Shown in pieces: positions 8,921-18,736 of a stretch of DNA of 64,000 nt (position 1 is its first letter; the number at the start of each line of letters is the position of its first letter). The notes beneath the pieces were generated by a model that ran no database searches, had not been told where the DNA came from, and saw only the letters and a program-made list of their open reading frames with translations. The stretch comes from a virus. Location: positions 7,222 to 71,221 of IMG/VR virus record IMGVR_UViG_3300027708_000063. One strand, given 5' to 3'. The position numbers were made by a program, and so were the translations under genes.

Positions 8921-11629
8921 ATGAAGCTAGCTATTATTGACATTATTGGTATTCCATATGACGGTACAACCGTTTTTAAACAAGGCCTTGGTGGCAGCGA
9001 AAGTGCTGTGACACTAATGGGAAAAGAATTAAGTGATTTGGGTTTTGAAGTCACTGTTTTTAACAACTGTATTGATCATGCTGCTCCGGGTGTATATGAT
9101 GGTGTAGCATATAGACACCTAAATGATCTAGCACAAGATCATTACTTCGATATCGTTATAAGCTCTAGAACGGTAATTCCATTTACTGATCCCGTTGATC
9201 TCTCAAAACTAAATGATACTAGGGCTATTCCATTCCAGAATTTAGATCTATACAACAGAATATTAGCCAAAGCCAAAATGCGTATCCTATGGATGCACGA
9301 CACATTTTGTCTAGGTGATAACTTAATTGAAGAACTTGCCCTTGCTGATAGAATCACTGATATCTTTACACTTAGTGATTTCCATCTAACTTATGTTGCC
9401 AACTGTAATCATGGCAAGAGACGAAATTTCGAAGTTTTAAAACGTAAAATGTTCATAACACGAAATGGTGTAAGAATATATAATAAAAACGTAGATGTTT
9501 CCGCCAAAGACAAAAACTTATTTGTCTATAATGCAAGCGTTACCAAGGGAATGATTCCTTTAGTAAAACTAATTTGGCCACATGTTAAGTATCACATACC
9601 TGAAGCTAAATTAAAAGTCATAGGAGGCTATTATAGATTTAGTATCAATGGCGAACCTGACCAGCAAGAAAAAGATTGGCGTGAGATGGCTGCTGATCCT
9701 CAACTGGCAGCACAAGATATAGAATTCACCGGTGTCATAACACAAAAAGAAATTGCGGATATACTGACTGAAGCTAATTTCATGTTATATCCAGCGGCAT
9801 TTCCAGAGACCTACGGCATTTCATCAATGGAAAGTCTATGTTATAACACACCTTTGGTAACTTGTCGATTCGGAGCACTTGAAGAAATTGCCATTGAGAA
9901 TGCTTGTTATCTAATCGACTATGCTATAGAACCTAACAATCTATTTCCGGATATCAATGTACACACTCAAATTGAACAGTTTGTTAGGACTGTGGTAGAG
10001 GCATATCGTAATCCCTACTTACATCAGCAAAAACAATACTATTGTAACATTGTTAAAGACACTGCTGGATGGGACAGTGTAGCTCTACAATGGAAACAGT
10101 TAATAGTTAAACGATTGGGCCAATATTTAAAACGTGATGAATATCAAGCTGTATCTAAAATCAATCATAGAATACACAAAATCTATAACCGTAAATTTCA
10201 TAACACTGTTGAACTAGAAAACTACAAGACAAATATTGAACAAGAGATCGTTGTTGTCAGTCCATTCTATAACTGTGCTGAATATATTTCACGTTGTATT
10301 GCCAGTGTATCTACACAGGACTACCATAACTACAGACACATACTGATCGACGATTGTTCTACTGATAATTCATTAGATATAATAACAGCAGAGTTGTCAG
10401 CACTGCCCGAAGATATCATGAAAAAATATACAGTTATTTTAAATAACAACAATTTGGGTGCAGTTAAAAATCAAATAGAAAACATCAAAGCGTTGGTTAA
10501 TAATGATCATGCAATCATAATGTTGCTAGATGGTGACGATAGTCTTGTAAATGATAATACAATATTCAGTTATTACAATTCATTATATGATGGCTCTACT
10601 GAATTTGCCTATGGGTCATGCTGGAGCATGGCCGACAACATTCCTTTGATCAGTCAACCATACCCTGAACATGTAAAACAAAATAGAGAGTATAGAAATC
10701 ATCACTTTAACTGGATACTTCCCTATACACATTTGCGAACATTTAAAAAATCTTTACTGAACAATATTGATGATAGCATGTTTAAGGACGACAGCGGCAA
10801 TTGGTTTAAAGCTGGCGGTGATGGCAGTGTATTCTATGCGCTAATAGAAACTGCTGATCCTAAAAAAGTTAAATGCCTCCAAGACATAGTATACAACTAT
10901 AATGATATAAATCCATTGAATGACTACAAGGTCAATGCAGCGGAACAAAATATCAATGCATACACGATTGTTAAAAAAGCAAACATATTTAAAAAAAAGA
11001 TACTGATAGCGATTCCAACGGCTCGTAATATTGAGCCGGAGACTTTTAAAAGTATCTATGATTTGATAATCCCTGAAGGTTACGAAGCTACATTCCAGTA
11101 CTTCTATGGGTACAATATTGATCAGGTAAGAAACTTAATTGCCGACTGGGTGGTCAACGGATTTGATTACTTGTTTAGTGTTGATAGCGATATCAGTTTC
11201 CCATCTAATACATTGGAAAGATTGTTAGCGCATGATGTAGATGTTGTAAGTGGACTATATGTACAGCGAAAACCTGGATTACATATCTTGGAAATCTACG
11301 AGCCAACTGAACACGGTGGCGTAACCAATATGCCTTATCCCAAACTCAAAGGACGTCGCCTAGTTGAAGTTGCAGGCTGCGGATTTGGCTGTGCATTGGT
11401 CAAGGCAGCAGTCTTACGTGACATAGGGTATCCGCAATTTAAGTATTACAGTGCTATTGATCATAGAAATACTATATCGGAAGATGTTGATTTCTGTAAG
11501 AAAGCCCGAGACAAAGGGTTTAAAATTTGGGCTGATCCCAACGTGCTATGCAGCCACACTGGCAGTTTTACCTTTAATGTAGACACTACTATTCCTGCAC
11601 TAGAAGATGTTAATGCCACTGGTGCATGA
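8921..11629 (+). CDS. Multi-domain glycosyltransferase (GT4-like fused to two GT2-like domains)
   Basis: GLGGSE and 'FPETYGISSMESL' (GT-B), 'VVSPFYN...IDDCSTD...LDGDD' (GT-A) and 'YLFSVDSD...GCGFGCALV...SEDVDFC' (GT-A). Confidence 0.85.
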   Translation: MKLAIIDIIGIPYDGTTVFKQGLGGSESAVTLMGKELSDLGFEVTVFNNCIDHAAPGVYDGVAYRHLNDLAQDHYFDIVISSRTVIPFTDPVDLSKLNDTRAIPFQNLDLYNRILAKAKMRILWMHDTFCLGDNLIEELALADRITDIFTLSDFHLTYVANCNHGKRRNFEVLKRKMFITRNGVRIYNKNVDVSAKDKNLFVYNASVTKGMIPLVKLIWPHVKYHIPEAKLKVIGGYYRFSINGEPDQQEKDWREMAADPQLAAQDIEFTGVITQKEIADILTEANFMLYPAAFPETYGISSMESLCYNTPLVTCRFGALEEIAIENACYLIDYAIEPNNLFPDINVHTQIEQFVRTVVEAYRNPYLHQQKQYYCNIVKDTAGWDSVALQWKQLIVKRLGQYLKRDEYQAVSKINHRIHKIYNRKFHNTVELENYKTNIEQEIVVVSPFYNCAEYISRCIASVSTQDYHNYRHILIDDCSTDNSLDIITAELSALPEDIMKKYTVILNNNNLGAVKNQIENIKALVNNDHAIIMLLDGDDSLVNDNTIFSYYNSLYDGSTEFAYGSCWSMADNIPLISQPYPEHVKQNREYRNHHFNWILPYTHLRTFKKSLLNNIDDSMFKDDSGNWFKAGGDGSVFYALIETADPKKVKCLQDIVYNYNDINPLNDYKVNAAEQNINAYTIVKKANIFKKKILIAIPTARNIEPETFKSIYDLIIPEGYEATFQYFYGYNIDQVRNLIADWVVNGFDYLFSVDSDISFPSNTLERLLAHDVDVVSGLYVQRKPGLHILEIYEPTEHGGVTNMPYPKLKGRRLVEVAGCGFGCALVKAAVLRDIGYPQFKYYSAIDHRNTISEDVDFCKKARDKGFKIWADPNVLCSHTGSFTFNVDTTIPALEDVNATGA

Positions 11630-11717
11630 TCATTATCTACAAAAACTACTCGAGGTCTAAAACGGATTGAAAGTAGATAAGGTAAATAATAGTAATTAAC
11701 TACAAGGTGAACCAAAA

Positions 11718-12434
11718 ATGAAAAAACTCTTTATTACTCTAATACTGACTTTAGCCAGTGTTTCTGGATTTGCACAAATCAATCAACAGTGCCCACAATT
11801 TACAGTAAACGGCACACCGCAATATCAGGCCCGTCCCGGAGATCAAGAAATTTGTCATATGAATTATGCTGTAATTCATCGTTGCGATGTCAAAGCACCT
11901 GTGGCAGTATTTGAACATTTAACAGTGGCAACAATGACAGGTCCTGCAAAACGTAAGGACAATTTCCACCCAGATGCAGCAGTTGCTCCACAGTGTAGTG
12001 CCAGTCTAGCAGACTATGCCACAGTGGGTAGTACTCATGATCGTGGTCATATGAGCCCTGCTGGTAATAATACGCTTAATGATGCTGTCATGAGCGAAAG
12101 TTTTAACCTAAGTAACATGGTAGCGCAAATCGCAAATAACAACAGAGGAATTTGGAAACAGGTTGAGACATATGAAAGACAGTGGGCAATGGCCCCTGGT
12201 ACAGACTTTTATATTATCTCTGGAGGTATCTTTGATCAAGGACATCCTGTAACTGGTAACGGATTAGGAATTCCTACTCGTTTATACAAAGTTATCATTG
12301 AGAAAAATAGTCAAAAAGTACAGGCATATCTAATGCCAAATGCAGCATTACCAGTAAAAGATTTGCCTAACTATCAGGTGCCGATGGCTGCTATCGAGCA
12401 AGCAACAGGCATGAAATTTAATCTAGGTCAATAA
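11718..12434 (+). CDS. Secreted DNA/RNA non-specific endonuclease (NucA/EndoG type)
   Basis: Signal peptide, active-site DRGH motif, 'SESFNLSNM..Q...NNRGIW...E' and 'IPT..YKV'. Confidence 0.9.
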   Translation: MKKLFITLILTLASVSGFAQINQQCPQFTVNGTPQYQARPGDQEICHMNYAVIHRCDVKAPVAVFEHLTVATMTGPAKRKDNFHPDAAVAPQCSASLADYATVGSTHDRGHMSPAGNNTLNDAVMSESFNLSNMVAQIANNNRGIWKQVETYERQWAMAPGTDFYIISGGIFDQGHPVTGNGLGIPTRLYKVIIEKNSQKVQAYLMPNAALPVKDLPNYQVPMAAIEQATGMKFNLGQ

Positions 12435-12452
12435 TTTAAGTCTAGATTTACA

Positions 12453-12590
12453 ATGAATATCCAGAAAATGATAAGTCCAACAGTCCTTGTAACTTTTACA
12501 GCCCTGTTTGACGACATTGTCAAAGGGCTATCTAGATACGGATTGGGTATGGTTGGAATACCATACCCGGATGATGAGATCTCACCTTAG
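12453..12590 (+). CDS. Possible small protein (45 aa), not in the ORF track
   Basis: Translates to MNIQKMISPTVLVTFTALFDDIVKGLSRYGLGMVGIPYPDDEISP*. It fills the intergenic gap but overlaps strong hairpins. Confidence 0.35.
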   Translation: MNIQKMISPTVLVTFTALFDDIVKGLSRYGLGMVGIPYPDDEISP

Positions 12591-12682
12591 GGACCGTTGT
12601 CGTCACGGGTGTGAGCTTGCTCACACAGGCGTCCGCGCAATTGAACTTCCAGGCGTACTTGGAGCCGGATAAAGTCACCGGC
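12586..12682. ncRNA. Unidentified GC-rich multi-helix structured element
   Basis: Helices GGAC/GTCC, CCGT/ACGG, GTGTGAGC/GCTCACAC, TCCAGG/CTTGGA and GCCGG/CCGGC lie in an otherwise AT-rich intergenic region. Confidence 0.5.
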
Positions 12683-12697
12683 ACTAATAAATACACC

Positions 12698-13102
12698 ATG
12701 CGAGCAAAACAGTTTATTATTGAAGGCAAACAAGAAAAAGAACGTTTTATTGAAATGTTTAAAGACTTTTTGCCAATGGCAATGAAAATATTAGGAATCG
12801 ACAGATTGCCTAAGATGGATTTCGAACCAGCACTACATATAGGACATCAACCTAGTTTTGGTATGTATGTCAATGGTGAAAAAACCCTACATGTGGGGAT
12901 TTCGAATAGACACCCTGTTGATATCCTTAGAACCGTTGCTCACGAGCTTGTACACTTTAGACAGGATCTGCGTGGTGAATTAAATGACCAAAGCGGTGTA
13001 ACTGGTAGTCCAGAAGAAAATCAAGCGCACGAAATTGCCGGAGTTATTATGCGGAATTTTAATAAAAAATATCCTAAGTATTTGGAAAGTAAACCATTAT
13101 GA
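12698..13102 (+). CDS. Putative zinc metallopeptidase-like (HExxH) protein, possibly an internal head protein
   Basis: 'RTVAHELVH..Q' and 'EENQA' motifs. ATG at 12698 is just after TAAATA. The N-terminus is MRAKQFIIE. Confidence 0.6.
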   Translation: MRAKQFIIEGKQEKERFIEMFKDFLPMAMKILGIDRLPKMDFEPALHIGHQPSFGMYVNGEKTLHVGISNRHPVDILRTVAHELVHFRQDLRGELNDQSGVTGSPEENQAHEIAGVIMRNFNKKYPKYLESKPL

Positions 13103-13383
13103 GAGCTAAAGAATTCACCATTAACGTTCCGATTACAATTACCATCAACGGAGATGACGATCCTGTAGTAGATGCTGGTGATACAGCCCCTGCAGATGAC
13201 TCTCAGTTACATCAAAACCCTGTAATGGTAAGCCCTCAGCAACAAGAACTCGAATTAGCAAAGGCAGCAGCAGGTAAAGACAGTCCAGTAATAGATAAGT
13301 TAACAGGGCAAGAAACAGTAGGCGAAGAACCACCCGATCAAAATGATATCATTCAACAATTAAAAGCCCTACTAGCAAGATAA
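13099..13383 (+). CDS. Hypothetical acidic protein
   Basis: ORF overlapping the upstream stop. The N-terminus is MRAKEF. Confidence 0.55.
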   Translation: MRAKEFTINVPITITINGDDDPVVDAGDTAPADDSQLHQNPVMVSPQQQELELAKAAAGKDSPVIDKLTGQETVGEEPPDQNDIIQQLKALLAR

Positions 13384-13389
13384 TCAAAC

Positions 13390-13812
13390 ATGCCTATTCA
13401 AAAAATAAAGTCCGGCAGAATTATTACTGTACCAGTAACTGAATATATTGGCCAGTCTGGCACGATTTTTTATGACGAAGAAATTGGAGAATTGAGATTA
13501 TCAAATGGAATCACTCCAGGCGGTCGACCAATTTATGCAAATAGCACAGGCACTAATACGGGTACTAATTCTGGAAATGTTGTTGCCAATGCATTTAAAA
13601 CACTGGTAGTTTCTGGACAACCTCCTCTAGTTGCAACGGGATCAGATACTTTACAATTGGTAGCTGGCGCAGGCATTATATTAGAAACTTCAGCTAATGC
13701 TAGTCCTTACAAACAGTTAACTATTCGATCAAACAATCTTGGAAACTTAGATGGCGGTACACCTGGCACAGTGTATGGTGGTCTTGATGTAATTGATGGC
13801 GGCGGCATATAA
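13390..13812 (+). CDS. Virion structural protein
   Basis: 'G.IFYD....LRLSNG.TPGG' and C-terminal 'DGG' motifs typical of phage fibre-associated proteins. Confidence 0.55.
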   Translation: MPIQKIKSGRIITVPVTEYIGQSGTIFYDEEIGELRLSNGITPGGRPIYANSTGTNTGTNSGNVVANAFKTLVVSGQPPLVATGSDTLQLVAGAGIILETSANASPYKQLTIRSNNLGNLDGGTPGTVYGGLDVIDGGGI

Positions 13813-13813
13813 A

Positions 13814-16800
13814 ATGGCAGTAAGAATACAAATTCGTCGAGGTACAGAAACTAATTGGACATCACTGAATCCATTATTGGCCGAGGGAGAATTAGGTGTT
13901 GAATTAGATACCGGCAGATTTAAAATTGGTAATGGATTAAATTACTGGAATCAGATTGAATACGCTAACGCAATAAGTAAGTTACATAGCTTATTTGATG
14001 TTTCAGTTATTGACCCAAATAATAATGACTTATTAATTTATGATTTAGCAACAGACAAGTGGGTTTCACGACCGGCAATTTTAGCATCAACGACAGTTTC
14101 GGGCACGGTCAAGATTGGGTCAAATATCAGTGTTGCTGACGATGGTACAATATCAGTAACTGCACCGTATTCATTAATCACTGCTACTTCAAATATATTA
14201 GGCGGAGTTAAGATCGGTAATGGTATTAGTATTACTGACAACGGCACAATATCTTTCAATACATCAACATTAGTTGCCAATGCAGTCACTGCCACTACTG
14301 CTACCAATGCGGCATATGCCTACTCATTCAATACATCAACATTAGTTGCCAATGCAGTCACTGCCACTACTGCTACCAATGCGGCATATGCCTACTCATT
14401 CAATACATCAACATTAGTTGCCAATGCCGTAAATGCAGTCACTGCTACCAATGCGGCATATGCCTACTCATTCAATACATCAACATTAGTTGCCAATGCC
14501 GTAAATGCAGTAAATGCAGTCACTGCCACCAATGCGGCATATGCCTACTCATTCAATACATCAACATTAGTTGCCAATGCCGTAAATGCAGTAAATGCAG
14601 TCACTGCCACCAATGCGGCATATGCATATAGTTTTAATACAAGTACATTAGTTGCCAATGCAATATCAACAATTAATTTAAATGGCGGAATAGTCACGGC
14701 TACTGCTATAATTGTAACCGGCACACAAACAAGCACTAGTTCATTTAGTAGTAATGCATTGTATGTTGTTGGCGGTATTGGAGGTAATAGTGGATTTAAC
14801 ATTAATGGTGACGGTTACCTGCATGGTAACTTAACTGTTAGTGGTTACATTACTGGTACCAATGTAACGCTGAATATCTTAAGTGCCAACAGCGCGACCT
14901 TCTACGGTGATGCTACAGGGGCCGGAGCATTGTATGCAGGTGTATTAGGATTTACACAATTTCCGCAGACAATGGCGCAGTTCTCGGGTGATGCTAACAA
15001 CTACATGGAAGTCAACGTTCAGAACGTTAATGCTGGTAATCAAGCCAGTACAGATATTGTTGCTAGTTCAGATAGCGTTACATCTAGCAACGGCTTCATT
15101 GATATGGGCATTACCAGCAGTAGTTGGGATGGTACACAACCCGACAGTTTTGGTAATAATCTAGGACCAAACGATGGTTATATATTAGTCGGTGCTAATA
15201 CATCACCAGGATTAGGCGATCTAGCATTGGGTACCCTAGGTGCAGGCACCACCGTTAAGATTATTGTAGCCGGAACTAATACTAACTCTTTAACAGCAGT
15301 GTTTAATACTGCAACTACACGATCTATCTCAACTACAACAGGCGCATTGGTTGTATATGGTGGAGTCGGTGTCGGCGGGGCATTATACGCAGGTGGCGGA
15401 ATTAGTGGAAACTTAATCGGCGGTTCCACTGGTACATTGATATATCAGAGCAGTACTTCTACAACAGCATTTTTAACTGTGGGCACTGTTGGACAAATTT
15501 TATCAGTAATTAATGGCATACCGGCCTGGATCTCAACTGGATCATTAACAGCAGGTCTTGCAACAACTGCCTCATACGCACTGTCATTCAATACCGGTAC
15601 ATTGGTTGCCAATGCAGTATCAGCTACAACGGCAAGTTTTGCTACTACCAGTGGATATGCTCTAAGTTTCAATACCAGCACATTAGTTGCCAATGCAGTA
15701 TCAGCTACAACATCAAACTATGCCACTACCAGTGGATATGCTATAAGTTTCAATACCAGCACATTAGTTGCCAATGCAGTATCAGCTACAACGGCAAGTT
15801 TTGCTACTACCAGTGGATACGCACTGTCATTCAATACTGGTACATTGGTTGCCAATGCAGTAAGTGCTGTCACTGCTACCACAGCTACAACCGTTGCAGG
15901 CGGAACTGCTGGTCAAATTCTGTTTCAAACTGCAACTGGTGCTACGGCATTTATTAGCACAGGTACTGCTGGTAATATATTGGTAAGCAACGGAACAAAT
16001 GCTCCTACATATAATAATACACTGGCACTAACCAGCTTAACCAGTGCCACATCAACTCAAACTGGAGCATTACAAGTTGTTGGTGGGGTAGGTATTGGTG
16101 GCGACTTGTACATTGGCGGAAACAGTTACATTCAAAAGATCAATATCACTGCCAGTTCTGATTCTGTTGCAGCTTGGTTATATGACAGTACAGCAACTTA
16201 TACATCAACTGTCACTAACCAAGACATTTTCTTTAAGCCAGACGGTACTAAAATGTTTGGCGTATCGCCTAACGCTGTTTTTCAATGGTCATTGAGTACT
16301 CCTTGGACTTTAACACCTGCAACAGTTACATCGGGCACAACATATTCAGTAGCAACAGTTGATACTTCAGTTAATGGGCTTACTTTTAGCCCAGATGGTA
16401 CCAGTATGGTTCTTATTGGTAACACTGCGGTGGTTAACGCTACTTTTGGTATACTTGCTGGCGAAGATAGGGCTTATTATTTTACATTGGCAACCCCGTG
16501 GGATCCAACTAGTGCTACCCTGGCAGGAACAATAAGATTTGCCATTAGTGATCAAGGAATTCCAAACACGGAATCCACTCCTACTGCCTGTGCCTATGAT
16601 AACACTGGTGGAAATTTTTATGTAATAGGTACTACGGTACGTAGGGTATATCAATATACCTTATCCACACCGTATGTTGTTAGTACCAGCACTGCGGTAT
16701 ATTCCAAACAATATATCACAGCTGAAGATACCAGCCCGCAAGGTTTAAGTTTCAACTATACCGGCTCAAGAATGTATATTCTGGGAGCAACCAATGACAA

Positions 16801-18736
16801 CGTATACGAATATAGATTAAGTACGCCGTGGGACGTTAGTACTGCGGTATATTACGACAAATATTTTATTGGTATACAGAACGGGTCCATGTTGGGTCTT
16901 TATCTAAACACTACTGCAACCAATTATGTGTTTATGGCCGGCAGCGCGGCCATTTATCGTTACCGTACTGACACACAGGCATTATACATTAATCCAGAAA
17001 CAACTAGTAGTGATATTATTTTAGGCGGTAATATTAGAATTAAAGGCTCCGCTAACAGTGGTATATTGGTTGTTGATTCAACCGTTTTCTCATTCGGTAC
17101 TAGCGGATTTGTTTCATACAACAATGTGCTTGCTGCTGGTCAAAGTGGTGTTACTGGCGGTGTTTTTACTGGTATAAGCACTGGTGGCCTAAACATTTAT
17201 ACCGGCCAATCGTCGGGTGCGTTGGTAGTTGGTGGTACAGCAGCCACCGGTAACATAACAATTGGCCAGTCAACTGCTGCCCAAGCAGTGGGTATTGCTT
17301 CTGGTGCTACTGCCTCAGCCTCTACTAAAACTGTCAACATTGGCACTGGTGGTACTGCTGGATCCACTACCAACATAAACATTGGCCCGGTGCTTGGTTC
17401 AGGAACCACAACAGTTAACAACGGATTGTCATTTGCCGGTTCGTCAAACACTCCCTTATATATGGGAGCTAGTTATACTGCTAACGTACCGTCATTCATT
17501 AACGCAGTTGGTACATTGGTTGGCACAACAACTACCAATAACATCTATGCGTTCAACTATCAGCATAACCTAGCACCAATTAGCACTGCCACTATTGCCA
17601 ATTACTATGGTCAGTTGTTCATACCAACATTAAGCAATACTGCAACCTACGCCAATCTGTACGGAGTATATGCCCGTATTGATATGAGTGCTGCTTCAAC
17701 TAGCGGTAGTGTTTCTCAGTGGATTGGTTTTAGTAGTGAAAATCCTAGTAGAAACGCCGCCGCTGATGTGAGATTTACCAGCCATATTGGATTTAGGGCC
17801 GCTGACCCTAGCGGCATTACTGCCACAAACGTATATGGTTTTTACAGCCAAATTGCTGCCGGCACAAATAGATATAATATATATGCTATTGGCAGTGCAT
17901 TTAATTATTTCCAAGGTAACGTTGGAATAGGATCAGGCGCAGCCGGTGGAGCATACAAACTTGATATTGGTAGTGGTGGTGCAATTAGATTCCAGTCTAC
18001 TGCAACAGTTACTGATACGACTAATGCTACATCAACTTTTACAGGTGCATTGACCGTAGTTGGTGGTGTTGGTATTGGCGGCGATTTATATGGAGGTGGA
18101 ACCATACAGGCGCCCAAACATGTAGTGAGCGGATCATACAGTGCTAACGATTGGGGCAGCACAGGTACAGGATTAGTTGTGGCAGCATCAACCTATACAA
18201 ACTTGACCAGTAGCGGCACTGTTGCAACAAGTTATATAAACGCATTTGGAATCCCCACAATAGTGTCTACAACTGCTACTACCATTACTGGTGCTGCTAC
18301 TGTATATATAGCAGGTGTACCAATTGCTGGAACTAACACTACTATTAGCAATGCCTATTCCCTACGTGTACAAGGTGGAACGGCAAACTTTGGAGCCGCA
18401 GTTCAAGCGGCCAACTTTACCATTCAAGGTACTGGCGGTCTAGGAACCTCTAACCAACTAGTGGTCCCCATTGTCAATACATATGCTACAACCGTAAACT
18501 TTGCCGGCAGTGCCACCACTGTTACTGTTGGAGCAACAACTGGCACAACTACTTTCAACTCAACTACAACTTCAATAAGTACCACTACCGGCGCTGTACA
18601 AATACGTGGCGGTGTTGGTGTTGCAGACAGTGTCTATGTTGGCAACAGAGTGGGGTTTGTTAATACAAGTAATGTTAGTGTAGTTTATCAATACTATAAC
18701 GCTACAACCAATAGTTTAGATACGGTGTTTGGTTAA
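13814..18736 (+). CDS. Large tail fibre protein (Mtd N-terminal-like domain, internal repeats, propeller-like region)
   Basis: N-terminus MAVRIQIRRG...LAEGELGVELDTGRFKIGNG, SFNTSTLVANA repeats, GALxVxGGVGIGG repeats and FKPDGT/LSTPWD blades. Confidence 0.8.
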   Translation: MAVRIQIRRGTETNWTSLNPLLAEGELGVELDTGRFKIGNGLNYWNQIEYANAISKLHSLFDVSVIDPNNNDLLIYDLATDKWVSRPAILASTTVSGTVKIGSNISVADDGTISVTAPYSLITATSNILGGVKIGNGISITDNGTISFNTSTLVANAVTATTATNAAYAYSFNTSTLVANAVTATTATNAAYAYSFNTSTLVANAVNAVTATNAAYAYSFNTSTLVANAVNAVNAVTATNAAYAYSFNTSTLVANAVNAVNAVTATNAAYAYSFNTSTLVANAISTINLNGGIVTATAIIVTGTQTSTSSFSSNALYVVGGIGGNSGFNINGDGYLHGNLTVSGYITGTNVTLNILSANSATFYGDATGAGALYAGVLGFTQFPQTMAQFSGDANNYMEVNVQNVNAGNQASTDIVASSDSVTSSNGFIDMGITSSSWDGTQPDSFGNNLGPNDGYILVGANTSPGLGDLALGTLGAGTTVKIIVAGTNTNSLTAVFNTATTRSISTTTGALVVYGGVGVGGALYAGGGISGNLIGGSTGTLIYQSSTSTTAFLTVGTVGQILSVINGIPAWISTGSLTAGLATTASYALSFNTGTLVANAVSATTASFATTSGYALSFNTSTLVANAVSATTSNYATTSGYAISFNTSTLVANAVSATTASFATTSGYALSFNTGTLVANAVSAVTATTATTVAGGTAGQILFQTATGATAFISTGTAGNILVSNGTNAPTYNNTLALTSLTSATSTQTGALQVVGGVGIGGDLYIGGNSYIQKINITASSDSVAAWLYDSTATYTSTVTNQDIFFKPDGTKMFGVSPNAVFQWSLSTPWTLTPATVTSGTTYSVATVDTSVNGLTFSPDGTSMVLIGNTAVVNATFGILAGEDRAYYFTLATPWDPTSATLAGTIRFAISDQGIPNTESTPTACAYDNTGGNFYVIGTTVRRVYQYTLSTPYVVSTSTAVYSKQYITAEDTSPQGLSFNYTGSRMYILGATNDNVYEYRLSTPWDVSTAVYYDKYFIGIQNGSMLGLYLNTTATNYVFMAGSAAIYRYRTDTQALYINPETTSSDIILGGNIRIKGSANSGILVVDSTVFSFGTSGFVSYNNVLAAGQSGVTGGVFTGISTGGLNIYTGQSSGALVVGGTAATGNITIGQSTAAQAVGIASGATASASTKTVNIGTGGTAGSTTNINIGPVLGSGTTTVNNGLSFAGSSNTPLYMGASYTANVPSFINAVGTLVGTTTTNNIYAFNYQHNLAPISTATIANYYGQLFIPTLSNTATYANLYGVYARIDMSAASTSGSVSQWIGFSSENPSRNAAADVRFTSHIGFRAADPSGITATNVYGFYSQIAAGTNRYNIYAIGSAFNYFQGNVGIGSGAAGGAYKLDIGSGGAIRFQSTATVTDTTNATSTFTGALTVVGGVGIGGDLYGGGTIQAPKHVVSGSYSANDWGSTGTGLVVAASTYTNLTSSGTVATSYINAFGIPTIVSTTATTITGAATVYIAGVPIAGTNTTISNAYSLRVQGGTANFGAAVQAANFTIQGTGGLGTSNQLVVPIVNTYATTVNFAGSATTVTVGATTGTTTFNSTTTSISTTTGAVQIRGGVGVADSVYVGNRVGFVNTSNVSVVYQYYNATTNSLDTVFG
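14252..14662 (+). repeat. In-frame tandem repeat (72-81 bp units; SFNTSTLVANAV..TATNAAYAY, about 5.5 copies)
   Basis: Near-identical DNA units 'ttcaatacatcaacattagttgccaatgc...gcggcatatgcctactca'. Confidence 0.9.
15575..15870 (+). repeat. In-frame 81-bp tandem repeat (YALSFNTxTLVANAVSATTxxxATTSG, about 3.6 copies)
   Basis: Directly visible near-identical units. Confidence 0.85.
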
